DNA from: Moniliella sp. 'wahieum'
Taxonomy: Eukaryota
Length of the DNA: 64,000 nucleotides
Assembly: GCA_003971905.1 (NCBI GenBank)
Contig: RSEE01000076.1
Span: forward strand, 62,001-126,000
Direction of reading: 5' to 3'
The notes below the pieces were generated by a model. It was not told the origin of the DNA, ran no database searches, and saw only the letters and a program-made list of their open reading frames with translations. This document shows positions 11,287-23,008 of the stretch, piece by piece (the stretch's first letter is position 1; the number at the start of each line of letters is the position of its first letter). The position numbers were made by a program, and so were the translations under genes.

Positions 11287-12089
11287 GGGGACGGCGGGCA
11301 CGGCGGGGATGAGGGAGATGGTGGGGTGGTGGGGTGTGGGGAGGGCAAGGTCGGGAGGGCGACGGGAAGAAGACGAATGCGCTTGGGAGCTGCCGGGCCG
11401 GTGGTGTGTTTTGGGGGTGCGAGCAGCGAGGAGATTGGGGAGGCGCACAGACAGGACTAGTGCTGCGCCCCGCTGCCCCCCCCAGCGGGCGAGTGTGCCC
11501 CCCACCGGCATGCGCGGCAGGACAAGGGCAGTGTGGGCGCCTGACGCTGGCGTGCGAATCGAGTCTGAATTTACGCCGCTGCCTCCCACTCTAACCTCTC
11601 CGAAACCGCTAGCGTCTAGTCTCTAACATCGAAGATGGCAGTCTACCCTCCCGCCGAGGCGGCCCTGGAGGCTGAACCTGTGCCAAGCAAGTGTCCTTCG
11701 TCTGTCCAGTGCGCTACTTGAATCCATCCTGTGTCTTCGCCGAGCAGATGAGTAGATTGCTGCTCCCGCCGTGGGTGTGCATTGCATCGCATCCTCGCCT
11801 TGTGCCACACCCAGCGCATTGTCCGTCCGACGGCCGCTCGTAGCGAACCCAACACATCCAACACACTGGTCTCAGGGAAAGCAGCCCAGACGGTGGGGAG
11901 GCAGCCAGCACGTCCCCAGCCTGCCGTAGTCTGCCAGCTGCTCCCGATACCATGCCGTGCGCGCCTCGGGCGCAGCACAGCGCACTGTCCGGAGTAGTGG
12001 GCGGGAGCCAGGGAAGCGGAAAGCGGGGAGTGGGAATCGGGAAGCGAAGCGAGAAAGCACCAATGCAATGCAACGCAATTTCTCCTTTG

Positions 12090-15000
12090 TTACTGGGTAC
12101 TTGCGGCTACCTCTTGGCCCGAGGCAGGCGATTCCTTGTCCTCAACAGCGTCCTCTGTCTCTTGTGCTGCCTTCGTTTCTTTCGCCGGTTGTGCCACTTG
12201 AGATGACACACCGGGGGCTTGCCCAGACTCGCTACTCGTCCTCCGCTCGGGCGCACCCGGTGATGCACCCGCATGCTCACCCAACTGCCCCTCGGCCAGC
12301 GCCAGCGCCACATCGTCCAACGGCACTTCCACCCGCGTAGGTTCCAATGCCACGTCCAGGGTACGCACCAATCTGGACCGGGAGTACCTACCTCTTCCTC
12401 CTCCACCATCCGTGTCGAGTTCAGATCGACGCCCGGACCGAGCGGCGGGCCGGGTCAGCAGCCAACTCCAAGCTTCCTGCTGAAGACGTTGACGAAGCCG
12501 AAGAAGGGTCGGCGATGGTGCTGATGGTGACGGGGGGGGGTACCAACGCGGACCGAGATCCAGTAGCAGTGGCGAAAGTGGAGCCCGGCTCCCCGACCCG
12601 TCCCGCGTCATAACAACGGCGAGCTTTGAAGGCGCTGGTGCGGTCCCGGTCCCGGTGCCACCGTGCCCGTTCCCGCTGGACCCCGAATCAGAGGAAGAAA
12701 CCGCAGGCGGAACGGAAGAGATGGCTACTGTGCGCCGGACCACTTTCCTCCTCCCCGCCCAGCCGAGGGTGGTGTTGTGGTGGTCATGGTCTCGGAGGGG
12801 AATGGTACTCGGTGGTCCAAGTGGACCCGGGACCATCGGCAAAGGGATCTTCTGCCACATCGGCTTCCCGGTGTACCTGTGAACGGGCCCCAATCGTTCA
12901 AATCCTTCACCTTCGCCCCCCGCCCGGCGCTGGCGCCGACTGGAACTCGTCAACCCAAACCCATCGTCGTCGTCGTCGTCAAACCCGGTAGGTGGACCGG
13001 CTCGGGCAGTGGTAGGATCAGATTTGGTTCCAGCCCACGCTTGCGGCCACGCATGATCCTCGTCCGAATCATCGTCGTCGCCCCCACCTCGAATCTGGGC
13101 CGAGAGGTAATTGGCAAACGACGAAGATTCCTGTCCGCCCGACGGGTCCAAGCCCAACCCACTTGATACCTCGCCAAATCCAGACTCACCAAACCCCGAC
13201 CGGTCCACCCGGTCTTCTTCACCACCACCTTCGCCGCCTCCACCGACCGCGCCGAGCGGATTGGTTTCCCGCGCCCGTGCTTCGCGCAGCGATGCGACCA
13301 ACTGCTCCCACGCCTGATGCTTCGAGGCGGGCGATTGGGCCCAGAGAGGCGCAGCCAAGGAACCAGGGTACCGCTCCAACACTTTACTTACTTCTCTCGG
13401 CAATCAAGCTGAGATGACCCATGAACCCTAACCGCACTTTGCCCGGTTCGGCTTCCGAGGCGGCATTGAGTTGGTACCCCTGCACGATTGACCCACACAG
13501 GTCGCCGCGTTGAAACACGTCACGCGTGAGCAGGTGGTTGTACCCCCGCCTTGTCCCGGCTGAGGCAGAGGCAGAGGCAGAAGCAGAGGCAGAGGGAGAT
13601 GGAGAGGGGGAGGGAGAGGACGGGGTAGGGGTTGGTGTGCCTTCGGCCGCCTCTGTATCGGCAAACGGGTTCGGTTCCTGTTCCTGTTCCTGTTCCTGCT
13701 CCTGCTCCGACTGCTGATCTTGCAGCTTGATCGACCCCGACGCGGCGGGGGCTGGGAAAGCACTCATCCTTCCATTGAAGCATTGTTGCAACACGTCGTA
13801 CACGACATTGTGCAAAAGTTGTTCCACGGAAACGCAAAAAAAGAGGTCGACCAGCGTGCGTACCACCCCACAGGAAATAAATCGCTCTTTAGTAAATCGC
13901 CCGGGACGAGGGAACGGGGCGGTGACGCTGCCGCAGCGGCCTGTGCAGTCTGCTGAGCGCGCCGGGCAAAGTCCTCAAGCAGCGACCTAACGTCCTTCCC
14001 TTGTGGCACTTCTGAAGCCACTTGCCCTGTTTGGGGCGTAGGCGTCGGCACTTCCTCAGCCACGGGCTTAACACGCTCGGCAGGTTCAGCTTCTTCCTCC
14101 ACGTCCGGCTCGCTGCTTTGCAACGCAACGCACGCAGTGCCTGGAACCCATCCAGACCGCCCATCAGCGTGCCATGACGAATATCGTAGGTGGGGCCAGT
14201 ACCAGGGGGTCGATTGAGAAGAGCCATATTGGAACAATGCAGTAGCTCAGCGTACAGCTCGCATACGCGATACCGATCCACCGTCAGCGGGAAGATGGAA
14301 CCGACAGTGGTGTGTAGCGCGTGTTCCGAATCGGGAGCGAGGAGGAGTCGTTGTAAGTCGGGCATGCGGTGCGAAAGGGAACACAAGAGTGGGCCCAGGT
14401 GCACAATCCCGGCCTTGTGGGACAGAGCGTGGATCTCACCTTCCATCACGGCCAGCTCCTCGGGACCAGCACCTCTTCTGCTTCGCCCCCCGACGTAGAT
14501 GCCGTCGACGCCGTCTCGGGCGCTTGGACAGCACCGGCCTGTTTCTTGGCGACGCGCTGGTCGTCGAGCTCCTGCTGTTTCTGGAGCAACGCTTGCCGAA
14601 GCGCATGGAAGAGGTGCTGCTCAAAGTAGTCCGAGTTGTTCTTGCGAATCAACTCAATGATGATCCCAATGCACGTCGTTAACGCACTGCTCTTTGTTTC
14701 GGCTGTCTTGGCCACCTGGGCGCTTGGGGCGGACCCGAGGCACAGCTGCCGCACCAGGAGAGGACGAAGCAAAGTCCCCTCCCAAGCCCGCCATAGCCAA
14801 CGGAGCATCGCGGTTGGGAGAACCGGCGACCGAGTGGGTGCCGAGGCAGAGGGGGCACTGGCAAAGTACCCAGATAACTGCGCCTCGGACGAGGGCGTGT
14901 CAAGTGGGTTGAGCGGGAGCGGGATGGCTTCCTCTTGCTCCTCTTGCACTTCTTCTTGCTCTTGCTGCGCTTGCCTTCGCCCCGCTCTGAGGAGACGTAG

Positions 15001-16356
15001 ACGTAGCGTGGGCGTAGGCGGGGGGAGATCCTGCTCTTGCTGCTCGTCAAACATGAGTGTGATCAGTTGATCGACAACCGGTTGCGACGCCAAATCGCGC
15101 ACCAACGCGTTGCTCACCCGTCCGACTCGGTTCCCAACGAAGCATCGGTTCCGTCGGACGCTACGATTTGGGGCGGGGCAACCCCCCCGCGCGGCCGCGC
15201 CGCCTGTCAACGGCGGCGCCGAAAGTGAGATGACCGTCTTGAGCAGTTCCGCCACATTGTTGCATCTCGACGGAATGGCTCGACGAGAAGCAACCAGACA
15301 CGAACCAACCGGTGCTCCGAAAGCCAATCAATAATCCCATGTCCTTCCGCCGTTTGGTCCGAGGCGATAATGCGGTACAGCAGATCGACCACCGCGGGCG
15401 TCTCCGCATGTGCGGCAAAGCGTTCGACAATGTACGGCTGGGCTTGGAGGAACGCGAGGAACTGAATGCAGGCAAACACAAAAGCACACAAAATGGGTCA
15501 GTAGGGTTCCTTTTTCTTTCGTTTTCCCCATTCCTTTATTCTCCTCTTCTTCCGCAGCCGATCGCCGTGAGCCACCCATTGGAGCGGAATCAAGCACGTA
15601 CCTCACGCGGCCGTTTTTCCAACAGATACACGTTCACCTTGGCCCAGTAGCCTGCGAGGACGTTGGGCCCCGGACCTAGTACAGCAGGGGGATGCGAAGG
15701 CGAATGCGGATGCGAAGCTGAATGCGAATGCGAATGCGAATGCGGATGGGGATGCGGATGCGGTTGTGGATGCGAAGGCAAATGTGAATGCGATCCCGAT
15801 GCGTCTGCAGGAGCGTCGGCTGGCGGACTCTGCGGCGGAGAGGGGGAGGGAAGGTGGGTGCATGGGGGGACGGGTGGAGCGGACGCTTGACACTGGCGGC
15901 AAATAGGGGATGCTGGTGGAAAGGGAGCGGGGGCTGAGGGTGGCGGGGCGCAAAGTCCAACAAGCTGTTCCAAAAGGGCACCAGCGTCGTGTCGGGGTGG
16001 GCAAAAAGGGCGGTGAGGACGGGGAGCACGTCGCTGGTCAGCAGCTCGGCGGCGAGGTAGGGGTACTTGAAGTGCACCTTCTCCTGCCACTGGGCATGCG
16101 CATCGTCCGTGGCCGAGGGCAGGGGCGGGTCGGTGGCGGCGACAGCGGGGGGGGCGGGGACGTGGGCCTGGCCGACGACGTGGGCGAGCAGGCGGCGGAG
16201 GCGGGGGGGCTGGGCGAGGAAGGCGGCGAGCTTGCTGTTCTGGGCCTTGGCCTCCTGGAGGACGTCGGGCTCGTCGAGGACAAGCTCGAGGGTGACGTCG
16301 GGCTGCTCCAGGACGGCGTCGAGGGTGGAGGCGGTGGCGAAGCCGTTCCAGTACAT
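12090..16356 (-). CDS. SIT4/PP6 phosphatase-associated regulatory subunit (SAPS family, Sap185/190-like); intron ~15470-15600; frameshifts
   Basis: MYWNGFATASTLDAVLEQPDVTLELVLDEPDVLQE, KYPYLAAELL, IELIRKNNSDY, RYRVCELYAELLHCSNMALLN, FPWNNF/LHNVVYD, RLGFMGHLSLIAE; acidic low-complexity tail. Confidence 0.9.
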
Positions 16357-16689
16357 GGTGCGGATGGAGGGGGGCGTGGTCGCGGCGGGCGGGCGAGCAT
16401 GGCTGGATGCTTGCGCCGCCAGCGGGTTATCAGACGGGGGGGCTTTAGCTAATCGCGTGGCTCGTGGCCACGTGTCGGGGCAACCCTAGCTCAAGCAACC
16501 CTAGCACTGGGCACGCAGCGCTGCTCTGCTGTCCACTACGCCGCTCCTGGTCCTATCGCCTGTCCAGCCCATAGCATCAAACCGCACGCGGCATCCATTC
16601 CATTGCACCCCAAATGAGCAGCGAGCACCACGGCGATTGCCATCGCCATAGCCATCGCCATCGCCATAGCCATCGCCTTCGCCTTCGCC

Positions 16690-17683
16690 CTACTGCGCAT
16701 TCTGCAGCCGGTGCCGCTCATCCTCCACCCGCGCATGCAGCATGTTGACCGCAATCGCAATGTTCGCCGGCGGGCCCGTCACAGTGACCAGCCGCTCCGT
16801 CCCGCCCGCCGGGTCCGAGATCTTGATGTGCGTGCCCGACGCCTGGCGGATCTCATTGATCTTCGACCCGCCCTTGCCGATCACCGAGCCGACCAGGTCG
16901 TCCGGGATGAAGATCTGCTGCGTCTGGCTGCCGGCCGGCAGCGCGGCCGCCGTCGGCGCTCCGGGCGCCATGCCATACGGCGCCGCCGGCGCCGCACCCG
17001 CCGGGGCACCGGGGAAATACGCGTTGGCGTACGGCGCGCCTGCGCCCGCGCCCGGGCGGTAGGCCAAGTTGCTCGACGCTCCGCGTTCCTGGTTCTCTGC
17101 CAGAACCAGACCGACGTAGTACACGGCAATGTGCACCGCGTCGGCAACGCCGGTAATGGACAGCATCCGTTCCGTCGATCCGGCCAGCATCGCTCGCTCG
17201 CCAGCTTGCAGACGCGCGCCGACGCTTCTTGGATCTCCTTGATCTTGGTGCCGGCCTTGCCAATCACCGAGCCCATGCGCGAGTTGGGCACGATGAAACG
17301 GAGCGTGTACGCGCGCGAGCCCGGCAGCGACGGCTGCATAAACGGCTCATCGTTCACGCGGCGCACCACCAACCCGAACGCGCGGCTGACCGCGTCGAGC
17401 GGGCCCGAGACGGTGAGGATGCGCTCCGGGTTTTGCGGGAGCGGAGGCGAGATGGTCAGACGCGCTCCGCTCTCCTGGCGGATCTCAGTGATGTCTTGCC
17501 GCCCTTGCCAATGATCACGGACGCGTCGGGAGAGAGAACGAGAGCGCGAAGCTGGACGTTGACCGACGGCATCGCAGCCTCTCCGGACTCGGGAGCAGGC
17601 GCGTCCGGCGCGCCGGCGGCAGGGTCGACGACCATGGCCTCAGCGGGGTCGGTGCTGACGAGGTCGGGGGTGACGGTGGACAT
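16690..17683 (-). CDS. Three-KH-domain RNA-binding protein (hnRNP K / Pbp2 / Rnc1-like)
   Basis: Three GxxG loops: IIGKGG, GSVIGKAGTKIKEIQEAS, GSVIGKGGSKINEIRQASG; ERLVTVTG. Confidence 0.9.
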
Positions 17684-18116
17684 GGTGGGGGGGGTGGGGT
17701 GGGGGATGGAGGTGGGAGTGGGGATGGGGTGGGAGTGGGAGTGGGGGAGAAGGGAGGAAAGGGGAGGAAGGGAGGGAGAAAGGAGGACGGGAAGGAGGAG
17801 GAGGGAGGTGTGGGTGCGGCGGTGTGTGCGCTGGCCTCGGGGGGTGGTGGGGGGGCAGTTGTTCTTGGCTGCCGGAAACGCGGCCAACCTTCCTTGGCTG
17901 CTGACGTACGCAGGGTCTTCGGGCGGAATGTGTGCGCGTTTTCGAAAGCGGAAAGAAGGTTGAACGTTCATATGTGCGTTGCTAGCGAATACCCCGCACT
18001 GGTATTGCTGGCTGTATGATGGCGTGCTTCGCCACCGACCCCACCGTCTCCCTTTTCCCCATCGTCTCCAATTCCCCCCCACCCCCATCCCCACCCACCA
18101 TCCCCATCCATCCCCC

Positions 18117-18631
18117 ATGTCGAGTCCAGCCGCATTCAAGGCACGTCCCCATCCAGCCTGCGCGGCCCGACGCCTCTGCCCCCCGTACTGATGCCCGCCT
18201 TTCCCGCAGACCTTCCTGGCCCAAGACGCATTTGCCGTCGTGGGAGCCAGCTCGGACCAGAGCAAGTTTGGCAACAAGCTGGTCAAGTGGTACGCACAGC
18301 GCAACCTGCCTGTCACGCCTATCAATCCCACCGCTTCCCAGATCGAAGGTTTGACCGTCGCGCCCAACCTGCTTTCTCTCCCGCCCCCTGGCCCTAGCAA
18401 GACAGCCATCAGCATCGTCACTCCGCCCGCGTTTCGCTAGCCACGGCACGGCAGGCGCTGCTCGACCTCAACGTGCCTGCCATATGGCTCCAGCCGGGCG
18501 CGGAAGACGCGGCGTTTGTCGCGTGGGCACGCTCCTTGGCCCCCGAGCTGCAGGAACGCATCATTTATGGAGGACCATGCGTCCTGCGCGATGCCGATGC
18601 GTTCCGGGCGGGCGATAGTACCAAACTTTGA
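18117..18631 (+). CDS. Small CoA-binding (YccU-like Rossmann) protein; GC-AG intron 18141-18209; ends in TKL
   Basis: FAVVGASSDQSKFGNKLVKWY, VTPINP, ISIVTPP, IWLQPGAED, IIYGGPCVLRD. Confidence 0.85.
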
Positions 18632-18779
18632 GCGAGGAGGGGAGGGGCTTTCTATGGACAATACATGTACAACACAGACAGAGCAGGCAGACGGAATGCA
18701 TTCATCGTATGCTTGGTACGGTACTGCCGCATTCGGCACAACGAGAGGTTAGGCCTTAGGAGAGCCATCTTTGCCCCGC

Positions 18780-20529
18780 TCACTGTTCGGACAACAGGGC
18801 TTGGTGGCCTTCTGCGTCCGAGGGAGCCACCCGAGCAGCCCGACCCGAGGAGAGGATGCGGTAGGTGCGCCCGCGCCACTGGACTGCAACGCAGAGACAT
18901 ATGATGTACAGGTGTGAGAAGAACGGTCGAAGCAACAAAGAACCAGTCTGGCAGAAGAGAGAGAAGAGAAGAGGACAAGAGGACCAACAAGGACGACGTA
19001 CCTGTGCTTCCGGCCATGGCCCACAGCCAAATTGGAAACGACAACAGTTCCCGCAGCCCCCACGCCAACGTAAACCGAACTTGCTCTTCCGGGCCAAGCG
19101 GGGTGCCGCCTTGCATGGCAAAGAGGACCTGTCGATCCACCGCATGCCACAGACCAAAGTGCACAAGGTAAAATAATGTTGTCCACCACCCACTTGCTCC
19201 GGCGCCAAGCAGCGGGGCCACAATAAAGTGCCGGAACGCCACTGCGCCCAACACGCCTGCCCAAACTGACTCGGTCAACGGTTCCACCAACGTGGCCGCC
19301 ATGACCATGTGCTTCCGTACCCGGATCCACCGCATTCGCCGCGCCGCGTATTCCCCCAGCGACCGAATGTCCCCTACGGCCGTGTGCGCCACATCGCCGG
19401 GCTCACGCGGTGCGCAAGGTGAACCGGATCGGACCATAACGACAGAGCAAGCATGTTGTCTTCAGCGAGGTAAATCCCAAACCGAGCCAAGGCGCGGGCA
19501 CTACCTTGTACCACGGAGCCCGTGCCCGTACCAGGACCCAGGTCGGTGGGCAAAGTAGTGGGGTCAGGAACGGAGGCACGAGCATGCGCCTCGTCCGTTG
19601 CAGTAATCGGCTCCGCTGCTAGGTAGAAGCAAATGCCGACGAACCAATTGCGCCCGCTTCGCCTCGCGAGCCCGAAGCGTCCACGCCAAAGTACGTGTCG
19701 GGCACGCGAGCCAGGTCGGAACGGCGGTAGAGTTGGACTTGCCCATGACGCACGAGTCGACGGCGAGAGCGTTGATGGCCAAGTACATTTTAGCGTGGGT
19801 GGTGGAGAGAAAGACACGTTCGACTTGGGACCCCCAATTGGGACCCGGCCGAACAGCAAGGGGGACATGTGCACCAGTCCTACACGTGGGCTGTGCGGCG
19901 ACCGACCCATCCATGCCGGTGGAGGTTTCGGCGTGGGCATCAGCAACTCTGCACCGCTCGCCCTGCTGCCCCGGGCGGAAGCCACACTTGGCTGTCCACC
20001 ACCCAGATCAGATCAAACGAAGCTTGGGCATAGGCGCGGACCAAGTTGTTGATCTTGGGATTGACCCCAGCCTGCTCGTCGCCCACAATCACTGTGCTCT
20101 TCACGTCAGGGTAGCGTGCTCGTACGTCCTGCGCCACCCGATACGCAGGGTCCGACGCATCGGCCACACTCATCAGAATCTCGTACCGCGACCGGGGGTA
20201 TTCCTGCTCAAACATCGAGCTCAGGTTGGCATCCAGGTTGGCATCGTGTCCGGCCAGAGGACGCAGGACGCTGAGCCCAGGAGTGACAGGCCGCGCGGGG
20301 GAAGGGATGAGACCCTCTGGGCCAGCCGAAAAGAAGGAAGGCACACGGCTGCCGTTGCCTTGGTCGGATGTGTCCTGGTCGGGTCGTCGGTGTAGGACAG
20401 AGGCGAGCGCTCCAAGGGCGGGAGGAAGAGCTTGCGCGCGACAGCCAGGCCGGTCAAGCAAACCGTCCAAATGGCCACGTACCACCCCAGGCTTGCCGCT
20501 GCAAACAGCGCCCAAAGCGTGACGGCCAT
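18780..20529 (-). CDS. GCS1: Ceramide glucosyltransferase (glucosylceramide synthase, GT21); intron near 18890-19000
   Basis: N-terminal TM helix, SVLRPLAGHDANL, GVNPKINNL, IWVVDS, YLAEDNM, RRMRWIRVRK (RxxRW motif), VQWRGRTY. Confidence 0.9.
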
Positions 20530-20816
20530 TGGCGCTCGCGGGGAGGCGCGGGATCAGAGGGACAGGCGGTGGTGCTGCCAGCAAAACGCCGGCTGCTGCG
20601 CTGAGACGGAGCGCACGGAGCGCTGAGGTTCCGACAGCCGTCGGGGCTACTAAGTGCTGCATGGACGGGGCATTGATCATTTCACATTTCGAGTACCTGG
20701 CGTCCTGGCCCCCTGACGGAAGCTTCACGTGGAACCGAACAAGGCTAGGACTGCTGGTCGGGGTCCTCAACTGGCGCTTTCTCCTGGCTACCTGCACCTA
20801 CGTCTCTCCACCATTC

Positions 20817-20885
20817 AGCAGCAATCGCAGCAGCAATCGCAGCAGCAATCGCAGCAGCAATCGCAGCAGCAATAGCAACAGCAGC
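20817..20885. repeat. 12-bp tandem repeat (CAGCAGCAATCG)n
   Basis: About 5 copies, the last degenerate, upstream of the glucosylceramide synthase gene. Confidence 0.8.
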
Positions 20886-21329
20886 GGCCAATGAACGACC
20901 CGGCCATAGCCGCATGGGATTTTATGGGATTCAAGCGCATCCGCCACGCACACGCGTTCCCGGTTACGACAGAACAACCCGCGCCCGCCGATCCCACTTG
21001 AAGTTTGATCAGCACACCCAGCCATGACAGCAATCATTAATCATCTCAGCGCTGAGGCTCAGCAAGACAAAGCAAAGCAAAGCAAAGCAACGACCGCCAC
21101 ACCCTTTCTCTCTCTCTCTCTCTCTCTCTCGCCAAATTGAACGCCTTGGACAAGGATAAGAGCGAGGCAGATGGCGGTATACCCATACCCATCGAACAGG
21201 ACAACAAAACAAGAGTGCATCCGACCGCTCATACTCATGTCCATCGTGGTGAGCAGAGAGCGAAGCGGTCGCGAAGGAGGGCAGCGTGCGCCTGTGAGCC
21301 TGCGAGCCTGTGAGCCAAGGCGCACAAGC

Positions 21330-22087
21330 CTAGAGACCCAACTGCTGCGCCACACTGTCCCGGATCTTCTTCTCGTATGCAGCGCGGTCGCGATACAGTT
21401 TCTAGCAGCACAGGTCAATGGTCAGTGATCAATGGTCAATGATCAGTGGTCAGTGGTGCGCGGTGGTGGCAAACCACAACACAAGGGGACGTAAGGACGT
21501 ACACAAGCATCAATGTTAGCCCGCTCTCGACGTTGGGCTCGGCAAGCATGCTAACGACACTCAGGAGGATCTTCTCGATCGACTGGACAGGCGACCAGCT
21601 CCGACGACGACTCGTACACTGCACCAAGCGTAGGGCGTAGGTTAGAAACGAAGGGCTGAGGTGAGGCGGGCAGAGTAGGGTGGAGAGGACATACTGTTAG
21701 GGTCATCGCCCGCAGCGTGCAGGATACTGATGCACACAGTCCCGTTGGCGTAGACTGGGTAGAGCAGGGGGCAGGTGTCAGTGCGGGTGGGGCCAAGCCA
21801 ATGTCCAACGCGGAGGAGACGTACCATTGGGGTGGAACAGCGGCGGGTCAAATACCATCTTGGGCGGTTCGAGCGGGTAGGTGGGGGAAAGAGAGGCGGG
21901 CAGGGAAAACGCCGCCCTCGTACGGCGTATCGTCGGGCCCTGGCACGAGCGCCTCCCACTCGAGGTAGTTGTCCTCGCTCACAGGACCGGCGACCACCAC
22001 GGCATCGGGGTCGGAGGAGAGCTGCTTGTACTCGATCATAAGCCGCTTGACAGCGGCGCTGGACACGCCGCGCGTAGGATTGTACAT
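21330..22087 (-). CDS. UBC7: Ubiquitin-conjugating enzyme E2, Ubc7/UBE2G type, 3 introns
   Basis: [63 protein letters not shown] (acidic loop), [23 protein letters not shown]-terminus QQLGL*. Confidence 0.93.
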
Positions 22088-22104
22088 GGGAAGGGGCGCA
22101 CGAA

Positions 22105-22135
<31 letters not shown>

Positions 22136-23008
22136 TGGTGGGGGCGGGCGCTCTATCAGCCCAGAAGGTGGCGAGGGTGGGAGGCGAGTACGGGGGAGGG
22201 TGGGGCAGGCGGATGACGTAAGGTTGAGGCACTGCGCCAGTGTGTGTTCCGCCGCCTCGTGCTGAATCAACACGTGCAACCACCCAGTCCGCCTGGCGGC
22301 GACACGTACACGTCCCGGTCCAATAATATCTACCTTGCTGGCTGGCCAAACTCCGCAGCTGAGGCTGACTCCCTCGCGCCTGCATCAGAATCATCAATCA
22401 TTCGCATTACCTGCCATGGGTGGCACGATCAAACCGTCAAGGCGTCGAGGCCACCAAACCAGGTCAGCACTCAGCAACCACACACCAATGAAGCTCCGCG
22501 GGCGCTCATCGCTCATCAACATCGCACATTGCTATGGTCGTCGTGGTCCCCAGTCCCCAGTCCCCGGACACCACGATGCAAAGTTTGGCAGGAAGGAATG
22601 ATCGTGCGCTGCAACGAGCTGGACAGCGTCGGAATACGTGGAATATGTAGGAATACTAAATCACACGTCACCATAAGACAAACGATCAAGAAAGAGGAGG
22701 GTGAGGGTGAGAGTGAGGGGGAAACAAGAGATTGTGAAGGTGAGGGTGGCAAGAGGGGGAGATGGAGAGGGGGGGGAAGGAGGCAAAAAAGCAAAAAAGA
22801 GGATGGGGAAGAAAGGGGGCGACCGGTGAGAGGTGAGAACCGTGAGGCCTGAGACCGGAAGAGGGGAACGAACAAAGTGAGCGAGCGAGGGGACTAAGCT
22901 AATAAGCGAAAGCGACGAATCCCAGCGTAGGCCATGAGACAAGTTTTGGTGTCGTAGTAGTAGTAGCTGGGAAGCAGTTACTGCCACAGCCAAGTGAGGC
23001 CTCAGGCC

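Noticed and set aside
13424..13433. Telomerase template-like AACCCTAACC
   Set aside because: It lies in the conserved RLGFM codons of the SAPS gene on the opposite strand.
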